This document shows, one piece after another, positions 18,039-27,972 of a stretch of 64,000 nucleotides of DNA; position 1 is the first letter of the stretch; each line of letters begins with the position of its first letter. Location: NCBI GenBank assembly GCA_964488675.1, contig CAZAWA010000001.1, positions 9,785 through 73,784 on the forward strand. Reading direction: 5' to 3'. Origin of the DNA: an uncultured Oxalobacter sp. (lineage in GTDB: Bacteria > Pseudomonadota > Gammaproteobacteria > Burkholderiales > Burkholderiaceae_D). Below the pieces are notes generated by a model. That model was not told where the DNA came from. It saw only the letters and a list, made by a program, of their open reading frames with translations, and ran no database searches. Both the position numbers and the translations under genes were made by a program.

Positions 18039-18554
18039 TCAATCTCTGTCAGTCAACACCTCGCCTCGGTGTTCATCTGCACGGGCTGCGATCCAGCGAA
18101 AAGCTACTGACAACGCGCGAAATTCTTGCTGCAATACAGTGTCCGGCAGAATCCGCAACACGAATACCTTTCCCCCTTGCGACTGTAGCCTCAAAAGCAT
18201 CATGCCTGACCACAGCGTCGACCCTTCCAGCAAGCGTACCGCTTCCCCATCTTCCGCTAGCGCGCACAACACACCCTCCTGCTGGGCCAGTCGTATCGTT
18301 CCATCGCCGGATATGCTTACACGATACGATTTCTGCTGACGATGGTACTGAAGTAACGCAAACCATACACAAATGACACTTGCGCCGACAATCAGTATCC
18401 CAAAAGGAAGCGAAATATGTCCAACCAAGCCAACGCCTGCGGCGCATCCCGCCGCCACTGCGCCCAGGCACATGGCATGGAACAAATGATTCATCCGTCT
18501 GGATGGGCTGACTTTGGCAGATATGGCGATGGACATGGTGAATAGTAGTCGCAC
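18039..18554 (-). CDS. YgfX/CptA-like two-TM inner-membrane protein (start uncertain)
   Basis: Two hydrophobic helices, then ...TLWSGMMLLRLQSQGGKVFVLRILPDTVLQQEFRALSVAF. This resembles E. coli YgfX ...SGMMLRLRSDGGKRQHLWLAADSMDEAEWRDLRRIL (recalled from memory). ATG 18554 abuts a terminator, so ATG 18536 or 18494 may be the real start. Confidence 0.55.
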   Translation of the reverse strand: MRLLFTMSIAISAKVSPSRRMNHLFHAMCLGAVAAGCAAGVGLVGHISLPFGILIVGASVICVWFALLQYHRQQKSYRVSISGDGTIRLAQQEGVLCALAEDGEAVRLLEGSTLWSGMMLLRLQSQGGKVFVLRILPDTVLQQEFRALSVAFRWIAARADEHRGEVLTDRD

Positions 18555-18560
18555 AAAACA

Positions 18561-18597
18561 AAAAACCCTCGTTCATTTTGCATGAACGAGGGTTTTT
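18561..18597 (-). terminator. Intrinsic terminator after fabF
   Basis: Perfect 16-bp stem aaaaaccctcgttcat / atgaacgagggttttt with a 5-nt loop. On the minus strand it is followed by a T-rich run (ttttttgttttg). Confidence 0.85.
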
Positions 18598-18615
18598 GTG
18601 CCAAAAGCGGGCTTT

Positions 18616-19863
18616 TTAGACTTTCTTGAATACCAGCGTACCGTTGGTGCCGCCAAATCCGAAAGAGTTTTTCAGCGCATAGTTGAGCTTGGCATCACGC
18701 GCCGTATTGGCGCAGTAGTCGAGATCGCATTGCGGATCCTGATTGACGAGGTTGATCGTCGGCGGAATGACCTGATGATGCAGCGCCAGCACCGTAATGA
18801 CCGATTCAAGACCGCCAGCGCCGCCGAGCAGATGGCCGACCATCGACTTGCTTGAACTCATCACGATACTCTTTGCATGATCGCCCAGTGTGCGCTTGAC
18901 TGCCACCGTCTCGGCAATATCACCCAGCGGGGTCGATGTGCCATGCGCATTCACATAATTGATCTCGCTCGGATCGATTTGCGCATCCTTGATCGCAGCA
19001 TCCATGCAACGGCCAGCGCCGCTGCCGTCTTCCAGAGGAGCGGTCATGTGGTTCGCATCGGCGCTCATGCCGAAACCGACAACTTCCGCGTAAATCTTCG
19101 CGCCGCGCGCTTTCGCGTGCTCGTATTCTTCCAGCACCATGACGCCTGCGCCTTCACCCAGGACGAAACCGTCGCGATCCCTGTCCCACGGACGCGACGC
19201 AGCCGCTGGATCATCATTGCGCGAAGAAAGCGCCCGCGCAGATGCAAAACCGCCCAGTCCGAGCGGAGAAATACATGCTTCGGAGCCGCCAGTCACCATC
19301 ACATCGGCATCGCCGTATTCGATCATGCGTGCGGAAAAACCAATGCTGTGAATGCCGGTTGCACAGGCTGTGACAATCGACAGGTTTGGCCCCTTCAGAC
19401 CGAGCTTGATCGACAGGAAGCCGGAGATCATGTTGATGATCGAGGATGGCACGAAGAACGGACTGATGCGGCGCGGGCCACGATTCAGGTATTCAGAGTG
19501 TTGCTGCTCGATCATCGGCAAGCCGCCGATGCCGGAGCTGATGTTGACGCCAATGCGCTCGGCATTCTCTTCCGTGACCACCAACCCGCTATCCTGCATC
19601 GCCTGAATGCCTGCTGCCATGCCGTAATGAATGAACGAGTCCATCGTGCGCGCCTCTTTGGCACTGATGTAATCCTCGACATTGAAGTTCTTCACTTCGG
19701 CTGCGAAAGTGGTGCTGAACGGGGAGGCGTCAAATTTAGTGATCTGCGCCACGCCGGACTTGCCAGCAGTGACGGCGCCCCACATTTCGGCAATGGAGTT
19801 GCCCACAGGCGAAATGCATCCCATGCCAGTAATGACTACCCGGCGTTGACGTTGACGGCTCAA
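18616..19863 (-). CDS. fabF: 3-oxoacyl-ACP synthase II
   Basis: [16 protein letters not shown], active-site IVTACATG, and the HGTSTP and GHLLGAAG motifs. The likely start is TTG 19863, 6 nt after AGGAGA. The ORF-track start is GTG 19896. Confidence 0.95.
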   Translation of the reverse strand: MSRQRQRRVVITGMGCISPVGNSIAEMWGAVTAGKSGVAQITKFDASPFSTTFAAEVKNFNVEDYISAKEARTMDSFIHYGMAAGIQAMQDSGLVVTEENAERIGVNISSGIGGLPMIEQQHSEYLNRGPRRISPFFVPSSIINMISGFLSIKLGLKGPNLSIVTACATGIHSIGFSARMIEYGDADVMVTGGSEACISPLGLGGFASARALSSRNDDPAAASRPWDRDRDGFVLGEGAGVMVLEEYEHAKARGAKIYAEVVGFGMSADANHMTAPLEDGSGAGRCMDAAIKDAQIDPSEINYVNAHGTSTPLGDIAETVAVKRTLGDHAKSIVMSSSKSMVGHLLGGAGGLESVITVLALHHQVIPPTINLVNQDPQCDLDYCANTARDAKLNYALKNSFGFGGTNGTLVFKKV

Positions 19864-19926
19864 GCTGCTCTCCTGTTGATTGGTGACGAAAAGCACAGGG
19901 TTTCGCTATGACTTTGCCCCGCTTTT

Positions 19927-19969
19927 GCAGAAAAAAGAAGAAAAGATGCGGCCGCAGTGTGCCGCATCT
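19927..19969 (-). terminator. Hairpin plus T-tract between acpP and fabF (partial terminator/attenuator)
   Basis: 9-bp stem agatgcggc/gccgcatct (19944-19969) with an 8-nt loop. On the minus strand it is followed by cttttcttcttttttc. Confidence 0.6.
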
Positions 19970-19988
19970 ACAAACCAGTACGAACTAA

Positions 19989-20228
19989 TTACGACTTGAC
20001 ATTGGCGGTGGCGTAATCGATCGCCTGCTTTACGGTTGTAATTTTTTCAGCTTGCTCGTCAGGAATTTCAATTTCGAATTCATCTTCAAGCGCCATCACG
20101 AGTTCAACCGTGTCGAGCGAATCCGCGCCAAGATCGTCAACAAAGGACGACTCAGTCTTGATGTCGGCTTCAGCAACACCCAGTTGTTCAGCGACGATTT
20201 TTTTAACGCGTTGTTCGATATCGGACAT
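19989..20228 (-). CDS. acpP: Acyl carrier protein
   Basis: [18 protein letters not shown]...[20 protein letters not shown], 79 aa from the internal ATG at 20228. Confidence 0.97.
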   Translation of the reverse strand: MSDIEQRVKKIVAEQLGVAEADIKTESSFVDDLGADSLDTVELVMALEDEFEIEIPDEQAEKITTVKQAIDYATANVKS

Positions 20229-20354
20229 GTTATAGGCTCCAGTTTGTAAAATTATCAAGTGCGCGCATTCTATCAGGTTTGCGCAAGGAAAAATCCATTT
20301 GGGATGTGTTTCCACCACGAAAGTGGAATTATATTAAAAAAAACAAAGAATTCG

Positions 20355-21122
20355 TCAATTCATGTACATGCCGCCATTCACATGCAGGGTCGCTCCCGTC
20401 ATGTAGCTCGCCTGGGGTGAGGCAAGGAAAGCTGTCGCAGCAGCAACATCCTCCGGCGTACCAAAACGAGCCAGCGGTATTTGCTGCATCAACCCGGCGA
20501 TTTGCTGCTCGCTCAACGACTTGGTCATGTCCGTGTCAATGAAACCCGGCGCAATGCAGTTGACGGTAATGCCACGGCTGCCGGTTTCGCGTGCCAGCGC
20601 GCGGCTCATGCCTTCGACGCCGGCTTTCGACGCAGCATAATTCATCTGCCCGGCATTGCCCAGTGAACCCACAACCGAGGTAATGTTAATGATCCGTCCG
20701 GCCCTCGCCTTCATCATGCCGCGCAAAACTGCGCGAGACAAGCGACCAACCGCAGACAGATTGACATCAATCACCTTATCCCATTCGTCGTCCTTCATCC
20801 GCATGGCCAGCTGATCCTGTGTGATGCCAGCGTTATTGACCAGAATCGACACACCGCCGAACTCCTTCTGGATCTCGTCGATCAAGGCATTGCTGGCCGA
20901 CGCATCGGCAACATCGAGCACCACGCCCTTGCCTGCGCCCGGACGAATTTTCTCCAGTGCTTCGGTAATGCCTGCCGCCCCACCCGCCGAAGTGCTGGTG
21001 CCGACAACCGTTGCACCGCGCCGCGCCAGTTCCAGCGCAATCGCGTAACCAATCCCGCGCGATGCGCCGGTAACCAGCGCAACCTGATTCTGCAAATCCT
21101 GCGCCTTTTCTTTATCGCTCAT
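20355..21122 (-). CDS. fabG: 3-oxoacyl-ACP reductase
   Basis: VALVTGASRGIG, NNAGIT, and YAASKAG catalytic Tyr/Lys. Position in the fab cluster. Confidence 0.95.
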   Translation of the reverse strand: MSDKEKAQDLQNQVALVTGASRGIGYAIALELARRGATVVGTSTSAGGAAGITEALEKIRPGAGKGVVLDVADASASNALIDEIQKEFGGVSILVNNAGITQDQLAMRMKDDEWDKVIDVNLSAVGRLSRAVLRGMMKARAGRIINITSVVGSLGNAGQMNYAASKAGVEGMSRALARETGSRGITVNCIAPGFIDTDMTKSLSEQQIAGLMQQIPLARFGTPEDVAAATAFLASPQASYMTGATLHVNGGMYMN

Positions 21123-22051
21123 TTCAATGCCTCCAAAACCTTGTCCAGTGAAGCCTGATCGGTAATCGCATCGCCATCGAGTCTGTCGTCAATGCGCTTG
21201 CTCAAGCCCGCCAAAACCCTGCCCGGACCGCACTCGATCACCTGGCGAATCCCTCGATCCGCCATCATCTTGATGGTTTCGACCCAGCGCACCGGGCTGG
21301 CCGCCTGGCGCACCAGCGCATCCTTGATTGCCTCCGGATCGCTGACAACGGCAACATCGACATTGTTGATGAGCGGGATTTTTGGCGCAGAAAAAGTCAG
21401 CTTCGCCAGATAGTCGCGCAGACGATCCGAAGCCGGCTTCAGCAGCGACGAATGGAAGGGGGCGGAAACGGGCAACACCAGTGCGCGCTTCGCGCCCTTG
21501 GCCTTGGCAATCTCGCAGGCACGGGCAATGGCGGTCTTATGACCGGCGATCACCAGTTGCGATGGCGCGTTGTAATTGACCGGTTCGACAACCTCGCCCT
21601 GCGCGGCTTCCGCGCACGCTGCTGCGACATCTTCGTCCGACAGACCCAGAATCGCCGCCATGCCGCCCTGACCGACCGGCACGGCCTCCTGCATGGCCTC
21701 TGCACGAAAGCGAACCAGTTTCACGGCATCCTGCAATTCGATCACGCCGGCTGCCACCAATGCGGAAAATTCGCCGAGGCTGTGGCCTGCGACGATGGAC
21801 GGCGCTTTGCCGCCTGCGGCTATCCACGCGCGGTAATACGCGACAGACGCGGTTAACATCACCGGTTGCGTATTGGTCGTCAGATCCAGGCTTTCCTTCG
21901 GGCCGTCAGCAATCATCACCCACAGGTCAAACCCCAGTGCATCAGAGGCTGCTGCCACTGTGTCACGGACAGTTTTATTGTCGGCAAAGCCGTTCAACAT
22001 TCCCACCGCTTGCGAACCCTGGCCGGGAAAAACAAAAGCAAAATTTGGCAT
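21119..22051 (-). CDS. fabD: Malonyl-CoA:ACP transacylase
   Basis: FVFPGQGSQ and active-site GHSLGEFSALV. 4-nt overlap with fabG. Confidence 0.95.
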   Translation of the reverse strand: MPNFAFVFPGQGSQAVGMLNGFADNKTVRDTVAAASDALGFDLWVMIADGPKESLDLTTNTQPVMLTASVAYYRAWIAAGGKAPSIVAGHSLGEFSALVAAGVIELQDAVKLVRFRAEAMQEAVPVGQGGMAAILGLSDEDVAAACAEAAQGEVVEPVNYNAPSQLVIAGHKTAIARACEIAKAKGAKRALVLPVSAPFHSSLLKPASDRLRDYLAKLTFSAPKIPLINNVDVAVVSDPEAIKDALVRQAASPVRWVETIKMMADRGIRQVIECGPGRVLAGLSKRIDDRLDGDAITDQASLDKVLEALK

Positions 22052-22078
22052 GCGAATAATCTGTTCAAGAATTAAAAA

Positions 22079-23065
22079 TTACATGCGGGCCAGAACCGCA
22101 CCCCATGTCAGGCCGCCACCAATGGCTGCCATCAGGACATTCTGTCCAGGCTTGATGCGGCCATCGCGCACCGCCGTATCCAGCGCAATCGGGATCGTCG
22201 CAGCCGATGTATTGCCAGTCCAGTCAACGGTCACAACGACCTTTTCGCCGGGAATCTTCAGCTTTCTTGCCGCGCTCTGCATGATGCGGACATTGGCCTG
22301 ATGCGGAACGAGCCAGTCGATCTGGGATGCGTCCACACCCGCCATTTCCATTACCTCATGGCCCACTTGATCCAGTACCGTGACCGCCAGCTTGAATACC
22401 GCCTGTCCATCCATGTACATGAAGCCACTGCCTTCCAGCACACCGCAATTGAGCCTTGCATCCATATGAAGGCAATCATTGAGAGTGCCATCAGCGTGCA
22501 GCTTGCACGCCAGAATGCCCGGTTCATTCGACGCAGACACGACGACCGCGCCTGCGCCATCGCCAAACAGCACACAAGTCGTACGATCGTTGAAATCGAC
22601 GACCCGGGAATAGATTTCCGAGCCGATAACCAGCACATTCTTGTGCATACCAGAACGAATGAAGGCATCGGCCATCGACATCGCATAGACGAAACCGCTG
22701 CACACTGCCTGCACATCTACCGCTGCGCAATTGCTGGTAATGCCGAGCTTCGCCTGCACCCGGCAGGCGGTGCTGGGAAAACCGCCGTAATGATCGGGCG
22801 TTGTCGTCGCCAGGAGTATCAGGTCAACATCGTTGACTTCCAGCTTCGCCATCTCCAGCGCCTTTTTTGCCGCTTCGACCCCAAGATCGCTTGCCAGCAC
22901 ACCATCATCCGCGTAATGGCGCGCGGTAATCCCGCTGCGCGTGACAATCCATTCATCAGAGGTTTCCACCCCTTTGGCTGCCATTTGTGCGACCAGGTCT
23001 TCGTTCGTGACGCGTCGTGGCGGCAAATAGCTGCCGGTGCCGATGATTTTGCTGTAAATAGTCAT
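22079..23065 (-). CDS. fabH: 3-oxoacyl-ACP synthase III
   Basis: Active-site Cys context [18 protein letters not shown] and GNTSAATIP motifs. Confidence 0.95.
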   Translation of the reverse strand: MTIYSKIIGTGSYLPPRRVTNEDLVAQMAAKGVETSDEWIVTRSGITARHYADDGVLASDLGVEAAKKALEMAKLEVNDVDLILLATTTPDHYGGFPSTACRVQAKLGITSNCAAVDVQAVCSGFVYAMSMADAFIRSGMHKNVLVIGSEIYSRVVDFNDRTTCVLFGDGAGAVVVSASNEPGILACKLHADGTLNDCLHMDARLNCGVLEGSGFMYMDGQAVFKLAVTVLDQVGHEVMEMAGVDASQIDWLVPHQANVRIMQSAARKLKIPGEKVVVTVDWTGNTSAATIPIALDTAVRDGRIKPGQNVLMAAIGGGLTWGAVLARM

Positions 23066-24141
23066 GCTGTCTTCTGTTCAAATGGTACTGCCGCAATACC
23101 GGAGGCTTGTGGCTCGTCCTGCGGCAATAGTTCCGCCATGGTTTTGGAAATGCGTAGCAGCACATCGTGTTTGACTGCGTCATACGCCCGTTTGATTGCA
23201 CATTCGTAAGCAAAGACATCTGCGCTGCCGTGGCTCTTGAATACCAGTCCGCGCAGACCCAGCAGGCTTGCGCCGTTAAAGCGGGAGGGGTTCATGCGCT
23301 GAGATACCGCCCGTATCGCGCTCGTGGCGATGAGCGCGCCCAGCATGTTAATCAGATTGCTCTTGAACTCCGATATCATTACGGAACGGAACATCCGCCC
23401 CAGCCCCTCGGCGGTTTTTAGCGCGATATTGCCGACAAACCCGTCGCAGACAACAATGTCCGTCGTTCCCTCGAAAATGTCGTTGCCCTCGACATTGCCG
23501 TAATAGTTCAGCACGCCTCGGGCATGATCGGCGCGCAACAGTTCGGAGGCGCGTTTAACCACATCGTTGCCCTTGATTTCTTCGGTGCCGACATTGAGCA
23601 GGCCGACCGTTGGCTTGCTCTTTCCTTCGACCGAGGACACGAGTGCCGACGCCATCATGGCAAATTGTTGCAGATGCTCAGGCTCGCAATCGACATTCGC
23701 GCCTAGGTCGAGCATGTAGGTGGGGCCGTTTTTCTGGTTCGGAAGGATGGTGCAGATGGCGGGACGCTCAACGCCCGGCAGCGTCCGCAGCAAGTAGCGC
23801 GAAATCGCCATGAGCGCACCAGTGTTGCCAGCCGACAGACAGGACTGAACCACCCCCTCCTTGACCAGTTCGATCGCCACGCGCATGGACGAATCGCGCT
23901 TACGGCGCATCGCAATTTCCACCGTGTCATCCATCGCCACAACTTCGGTGGCGCTTCGCACTGACAGGCGCGGGTGGCCAATTGCGCCGAGTTTGCTCAA
24001 CTCGGCGTGAATCGCATCCTCCTGCCCAACCAGCACCAACTCGGCGTCCGAGTGAGCTTTGATGAAGGACACACAAGCGGGAATAGTGACCGATACACCA
24101 TGATCCCCGCCCATGCAGTCAATAGAAATTTTGATTGTCAT
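23062..24141 (-). CDS. plsX: Phosphate acyltransferase PlsX
   Basis: [14 protein letters not shown]-terminus. 4-nt overlap with fabH. Conserved position after rpmF. Confidence 0.95.
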   Translation of the reverse strand: MTIKISIDCMGGDHGVSVTIPACVSFIKAHSDAELVLVGQEDAIHAELSKLGAIGHPRLSVRSATEVVAMDDTVEIAMRRKRDSSMRVAIELVKEGVVQSCLSAGNTGALMAISRYLLRTLPGVERPAICTILPNQKNGPTYMLDLGANVDCEPEHLQQFAMMASALVSSVEGKSKPTVGLLNVGTEEIKGNDVVKRASELLRADHARGVLNYYGNVEGNDIFEGTTDIVVCDGFVGNIALKTAEGLGRMFRSVMISEFKSNLINMLGALIATSAIRAVSQRMNPSRFNGASLLGLRGLVFKSHGSADVFAYECAIKRAYDAVKHDVLLRISKTMAELLPQDEPQASGIAAVPFEQKTA

Positions 24142-24278
24142 TGATTTGACTCAGTGCCCTGCCCCGGAAAATAAAGCGAGAAAAAGCGCGATTCAAGAAA
24201 ATGAATGGTTTTTACAACAAAAAATGGCGCCTGGTCAAAAAACTCAATGCGCCACTCGCTCCGATTAGGTAATCGAAA

Positions 24279-24461
24279 TTATTCGTCGTTCTTGGTCTTT
24301 ATGACCTTTTTGCCGCGGTAAAAACCGTTCGGGCTGATGTGGTGACGCAGGTGCGTCTCACCGCTGGTCGGCTCAACGGAGAGTTGAGGCGCAACCAGAA
24401 AATCGTGCGAACGGTGCATGCCGCGCTTGGACGGGGACTTTTTGTTTTGCTGAACTGCCAT
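24279..24461 (-). CDS. rpmF: 50S ribosomal protein L32
   Basis: [20 protein letters not shown]... Confidence 0.95.
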   Translation of the reverse strand: MAVQQNKKSPSKRGMHRSHDFLVAPQLSVEPTSGETHLRHHISPNGFYRGKKVIKTKNDE

Positions 24462-24608
24462 GACTAACTCCTAGTACGAAAACATGATGCGGAATTCTAA
24501 CATATCCGTCACACAAAACCTCTTGCAGAAACGGAAACCATTGTTGCTAAACCCTGACACTTGACCCCGGCAAGGCTGGCGAGCCGTTTGCGAGAAAGTG
24601 CAAAGTTG

Positions 24609-25109
24609 CTATTTTTTTAAGTCTTTCAGCGCAGCAAACGGCGAAGGCTTGCCACTTTTTTGCACCTCGAGCCTTGATGCGTCCGGACAAACCTCATGCT
24701 TTGGCGAAAGCGGCAAGGCCAGCAGCGCCTCGTCCTCAATCAAATCGAGCAGGTTCATTTCCCTGCTGCCGACGATGACCTCAATCTCGTCATCGTCCAG
24801 CATTTCCTCGATCTTGTCGGCGTCGGCATCGTCTTTCGCCAGAATCAGCAACGATTCCGAAACGATTTCCAGCGGAAACGGCATCAGGCATCGCTGGCAG
24901 ACAAGCTGCACCGCGGCAGAGACCGAAAGCACCAGTTGCGGATTCCCGAGCCTGCCGTTGCCGCCTGCCAGCGCCCAATGCAGCAAACCGGGCGAATTCG
25001 GACTCTCCTTGGCCAGCCTGGGCAAATCCGCGACCGCAATCTGCCCCGTGCGGTGCTCTTTCTGCCGCGCAAACTCAAAAGCGTCGATTACGAAGGCAGT
25101 CATGGGCAC
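24609..25109 (-). CDS. yceD: YceD/DUF177 family protein (large-subunit rRNA accumulation protein)
   Basis: Conserved position upstream of rpmF. QRCLMPF...CPD Cys-containing pattern. Acidic middle region. Confidence 0.85.
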   Translation of the reverse strand: MPMTAFVIDAFEFARQKEHRTGQIAVADLPRLAKESPNSPGLLHWALAGGNGRLGNPQLVLSVSAAVQLVCQRCLMPFPLEIVSESLLILAKDDADADKIEEMLDDDEIEVIVGSREMNLLDLIEDEALLALPLSPKHEVCPDASRLEVQKSGKPSPFAALKDLKK

Positions 25110-25406
25110 AGTGTCCGGAAAACCTGCGATTGTAGCAGAAATATTCCTTATTCGTCAAAGAGATAACGCCGAATAAAAGGCTGCGCGGGCGATCTGCTTT
25201 GTCAGAACGGCTTGCAAGGGTCACGGGACATTGCTTCGCCGTTCTTCCTCGCATCTCATCCCGGAAAGACCGCGTCGCAGGTAACAGCGATTAAACCAGT
25301 GCCTCCTTAACATTCGCCACCATCATATTAGCCTTCGCCGCAACGCCGCTTCGCGACGGTTGTTCCGCTCACCAATTTCCTCGGCGTTTCCTATATCATT
25401 CCACAA

Positions 25407-26021
25407 ATGATTGCCCAAACCACCCCTCCACGCCTGATTCTTGGCTCCAGCTCCGTCTACCGCAAGGAATTGCTGACCCGCCTGGGCATCCCGTTCGAGG
25501 TAGCCGTACCCGACATCAACGAATCCCCGCTCGCAGGCGAAGCGCCTGAAGCGACCGCACTGCGCCTGGCGCAAGCCAAGGCTGACGCCATTGCCGCACA
25601 ACACCCCGGCGCGCTGATCATTGGCTCGGATCAGGTCGCCACCCTGGATGGCGAGCAAATCGGCAAACCCGGCACGCATGAAAATGCCCTGAAACAGTTG
25701 CAGATGATGCGGGGCCGCCGTGTGATTTTCCACACCGCGCTATGCCTGCTCGACGGGCGCAAGCGCGGCCCGGACGCCGTACAGGTCAAAATCGTACAGA
25801 CTTTCGTTACCTTTCGCGACCTGCCGGATGCGGAACTGGATGCCTATCTCAGAATCGAACAACCCTACGACTGCGCCGGCAGCGCAAGAAACGAGGCGCT
25901 GGGCATTGCGATCCTCGAAAAAATCGAAAGCGACGACCCGACCGCCCTCACCGGCCTGCCGCTGATTGCGCTCACCACAATGCTGCGCAAGGCCGGCGTG
26001 CCGTTTTTTACCAGCGCTTGA
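25407..26021 (+). CDS. maf: Maf-like nucleoside triphosphate pyrophosphatase
   Basis: LILGSSSVYRKELL...IIGSDQV...AGSARNEALGIA pattern. Divergent from yceD, as in many proteobacteria. Confidence 0.9.
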   Translation: MIAQTTPPRLILGSSSVYRKELLTRLGIPFEVAVPDINESPLAGEAPEATALRLAQAKADAIAAQHPGALIIGSDQVATLDGEQIGKPGTHENALKQLQMMRGRRVIFHTALCLLDGRKRGPDAVQVKIVQTFVTFRDLPDAELDAYLRIEQPYDCAGSARNEALGIAILEKIESDDPTALTGLPLIALTTMLRKAGVPFFTSA

Positions 26022-26023
26022 GC

Positions 26024-26776
26024 ATGGCAGGCATCCTGTATCTCGTCCCGAACACACTCGGCCACGCGCAGGATGACCCGGCGCAGCCGCTGGCACAAAT
26101 CATTCCGGAAGAAGTACAGGCGATCACCGCCAGGCTTGGTTATTTCATCGCCGAAAACGCCAAGACCACCCGCGCTTTCCTCAAGCTGGTTTCCGCCGCG
26201 CACCCGCTGGCGCAACCGATGCAGGAAATCAACATCGCCGAGCTCAATGTCAACACCAAAGCCGATGCGCTACCCGCACTGCTCCAGCCAATTCTCGACG
26301 GACAGGACGGCGGGCTGATTTCGGAAGCGGGCGTGCCGGCAGTCGCCGACCCCGGCGCGAACCTTGTGCGACTTGCGCACCAGCTCGGCATCACGGTGAA
26401 ACCACTGGTTGGGCCATCGTCACTGCTGCTGGCCGTGATGGCCAGCGGCCTGCACGGCCAGAGCTTCGCCTTCAACGGCTACCTGCCGACCGATGCCGCA
26501 GAACGCGCCAAGCGCATCAAAGTGCTGGAAGATCGATCGAAAAAAGATGGGCAAACGCAAATTTTCATCGAGACACCCTATCGTAACGGCGCATTGCTCG
26601 AAGCGCTGGCGGCACATTGCAAGCCGGATACCCTGATCTGCGTCGCCACGGCTCTGACCGCGCAGGACGAATCGGTCAGAACGCAGGCCGCTGCGAAATG
26701 GAAAAGCCAGATCGCCTCCGGGAAGCAGCCCGATTTTCACCGCAAGCCAACCGTTTTTTTGCTTCTGGCAAACTAA
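26024..26776 (+). CDS. SAM-dependent methyltransferase, tetrapyrrole-methylase (RsmI-like) fold
   Basis: MAGILYLVPNTLG...GLISEAGVPAVADPG...GPSSLLLAVMASGL from the internal ATG at 26024. The ORF-track 25742 start overlaps maf in another frame. Confidence 0.75.
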   Translation: MAGILYLVPNTLGHAQDDPAQPLAQIIPEEVQAITARLGYFIAENAKTTRAFLKLVSAAHPLAQPMQEINIAELNVNTKADALPALLQPILDGQDGGLISEAGVPAVADPGANLVRLAHQLGITVKPLVGPSSLLLAVMASGLHGQSFAFNGYLPTDAAERAKRIKVLEDRSKKDGQTQIFIETPYRNGALLEALAAHCKPDTLICVATALTAQDESVRTQAAAKWKSQIASGKQPDFHRKPTVFLLLAN

Positions 26777-26790
26777 CGCCCGACCTCCAC

Positions 26791-26811
26791 TATTAACGCG
26801 TCGCGTTATTA
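26791..26811. repeat. Second copy of the TAATAACGCG-N-CGCGTTATTA palindrome (one arm mismatch)
   Basis: TATTAACGCG-T-CGCGTTATTA. It is followed by GTGTACCCC...TTTCTGGCC, motifs also found beside copy 1 at 17050-17097. Confidence 0.75.
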
Positions 26812-26854
26812 GTGTACCCCACACCAGCATTTCTGGCCATTTTTGACCGTCCAA

Positions 26855-26882
26855 TTGCCCATTTTGCACAAAAAATGGGCAA
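26855..26882. repeat. 11-bp perfect inverted repeat (hairpin) between convergent genes
   Basis: ttgcccatttt - gcacaa - aaaatgggcaa. There is no flanking T-run, so terminator function is unproven. Confidence 0.6.
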
Positions 26883-27015
26883 TCTTAACCTCGAAAGATG
26901 CGTTTTTGATGGAGTATGCGGTCAAATCTGGCAGATAGCCATGTACTACGCGCCGGATCAAGAATGCTCCTCAGGAGTATGCTTCTCAATCGTCTTTGCT
27001 GGAAAAAACACCCGG

Positions 27016-27927
27016 TCAATTGTCCTTGCGCCTTTTCGCGCCGATGGCAGCCATTGTCTCGCCAGTTTCCAGCGTGAACCCAGCCTCCGCATCCTGCCCC
27101 AGCACCGACACCAGATACGGCATTACTTCCTTGAGCGTTGCCTCCAGCGTCCACGGCGGGTTCAGCACCAGCATGCCACTGCTGCGCAGGCCGAAACCAT
27201 CCGGCGAAGGGCCGGAAACCGCGAGCGTGACATTGAGCCAGCCGTTGGCCGGCAGGCGCTTGATCCGGTCGGAAAATTGCCGGGACTCCTGCCGTTGCAG
27301 CACCGGATACCAGATCGCGTAAGTGCCGGTGGCGAAGCGCTTCAAGGCATCGGCCAGGGTGGCGCTGACGCTCTTGTAATCGGTCTTCACTTCGTACGGC
27401 GGATCAATCAGCACCAGCGCACGGCGCGACGGCGGCGGCAGCAGCGCTTTCAGCGCAGTGAAACCGTCGCCTTGCTCGATCATGATGCGCGTGCCGCGAC
27501 CGCGCGAACGCTCCTGTTTTTCTTCAAATCGCCGAAAGTTGTCCCGCAAAATCTTGCTGTCGCTCGGATGCAGTTCAAACAGGCGCAGCCGATCCTGTTC
27601 ACGCAGCATCGCGTTGGCGATCCAGGGCGAGCCGGGATAGTGGCGCAGCTTGCCGTCGGGATTCAGATTTTTCACCAGCTGCACAAATTCCGCCAGCGGC
27701 GCGGGCAAATCCTTGCGCGTCCACAAGCGGGAAATGCCGGTTTCATATTCGGCGTTCTTCGCCGCATAACCGCCATCGAGCGAGTACAGACCCGCGCCCG
27801 CGTGGGTGTCGATGTAATGGAACGGCGTGTCTTTTTGCTGCAAGTACTGAATCAACTGCATCAGCGTGAAGTGCTTGAGCACATCGGCGTGGTTGCCTGC
27901 ATGGAATGCGTGGCGATAACTCAGCAT
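27016..27927 (-). CDS. rlmJ: 23S rRNA (adenine2030-N6)-methyltransferase
   Basis: MLSYRHAFHAGNHADVLKH N-terminus and the LIDPPYE motif. Confidence 0.88.
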   Translation of the reverse strand: MLSYRHAFHAGNHADVLKHFTLMQLIQYLQQKDTPFHYIDTHAGAGLYSLDGGYAAKNAEYETGISRLWTRKDLPAPLAEFVQLVKNLNPDGKLRHYPGSPWIANAMLREQDRLRLFELHPSDSKILRDNFRRFEEKQERSRGRGTRIMIEQGDGFTALKALLPPPSRRALVLIDPPYEVKTDYKSVSATLADALKRFATGTYAIWYPVLQRQESRQFSDRIKRLPANGWLNVTLAVSGPSPDGFGLRSSGMLVLNPPWTLEATLKEVMPYLVSVLGQDAEAGFTLETGETMAAIGAKRRKDN

Positions 27928-27972
27928 GGGGCGCCTGTCGCTGGAGGTGGGAAAGCGTGCATTGTACCCTTG

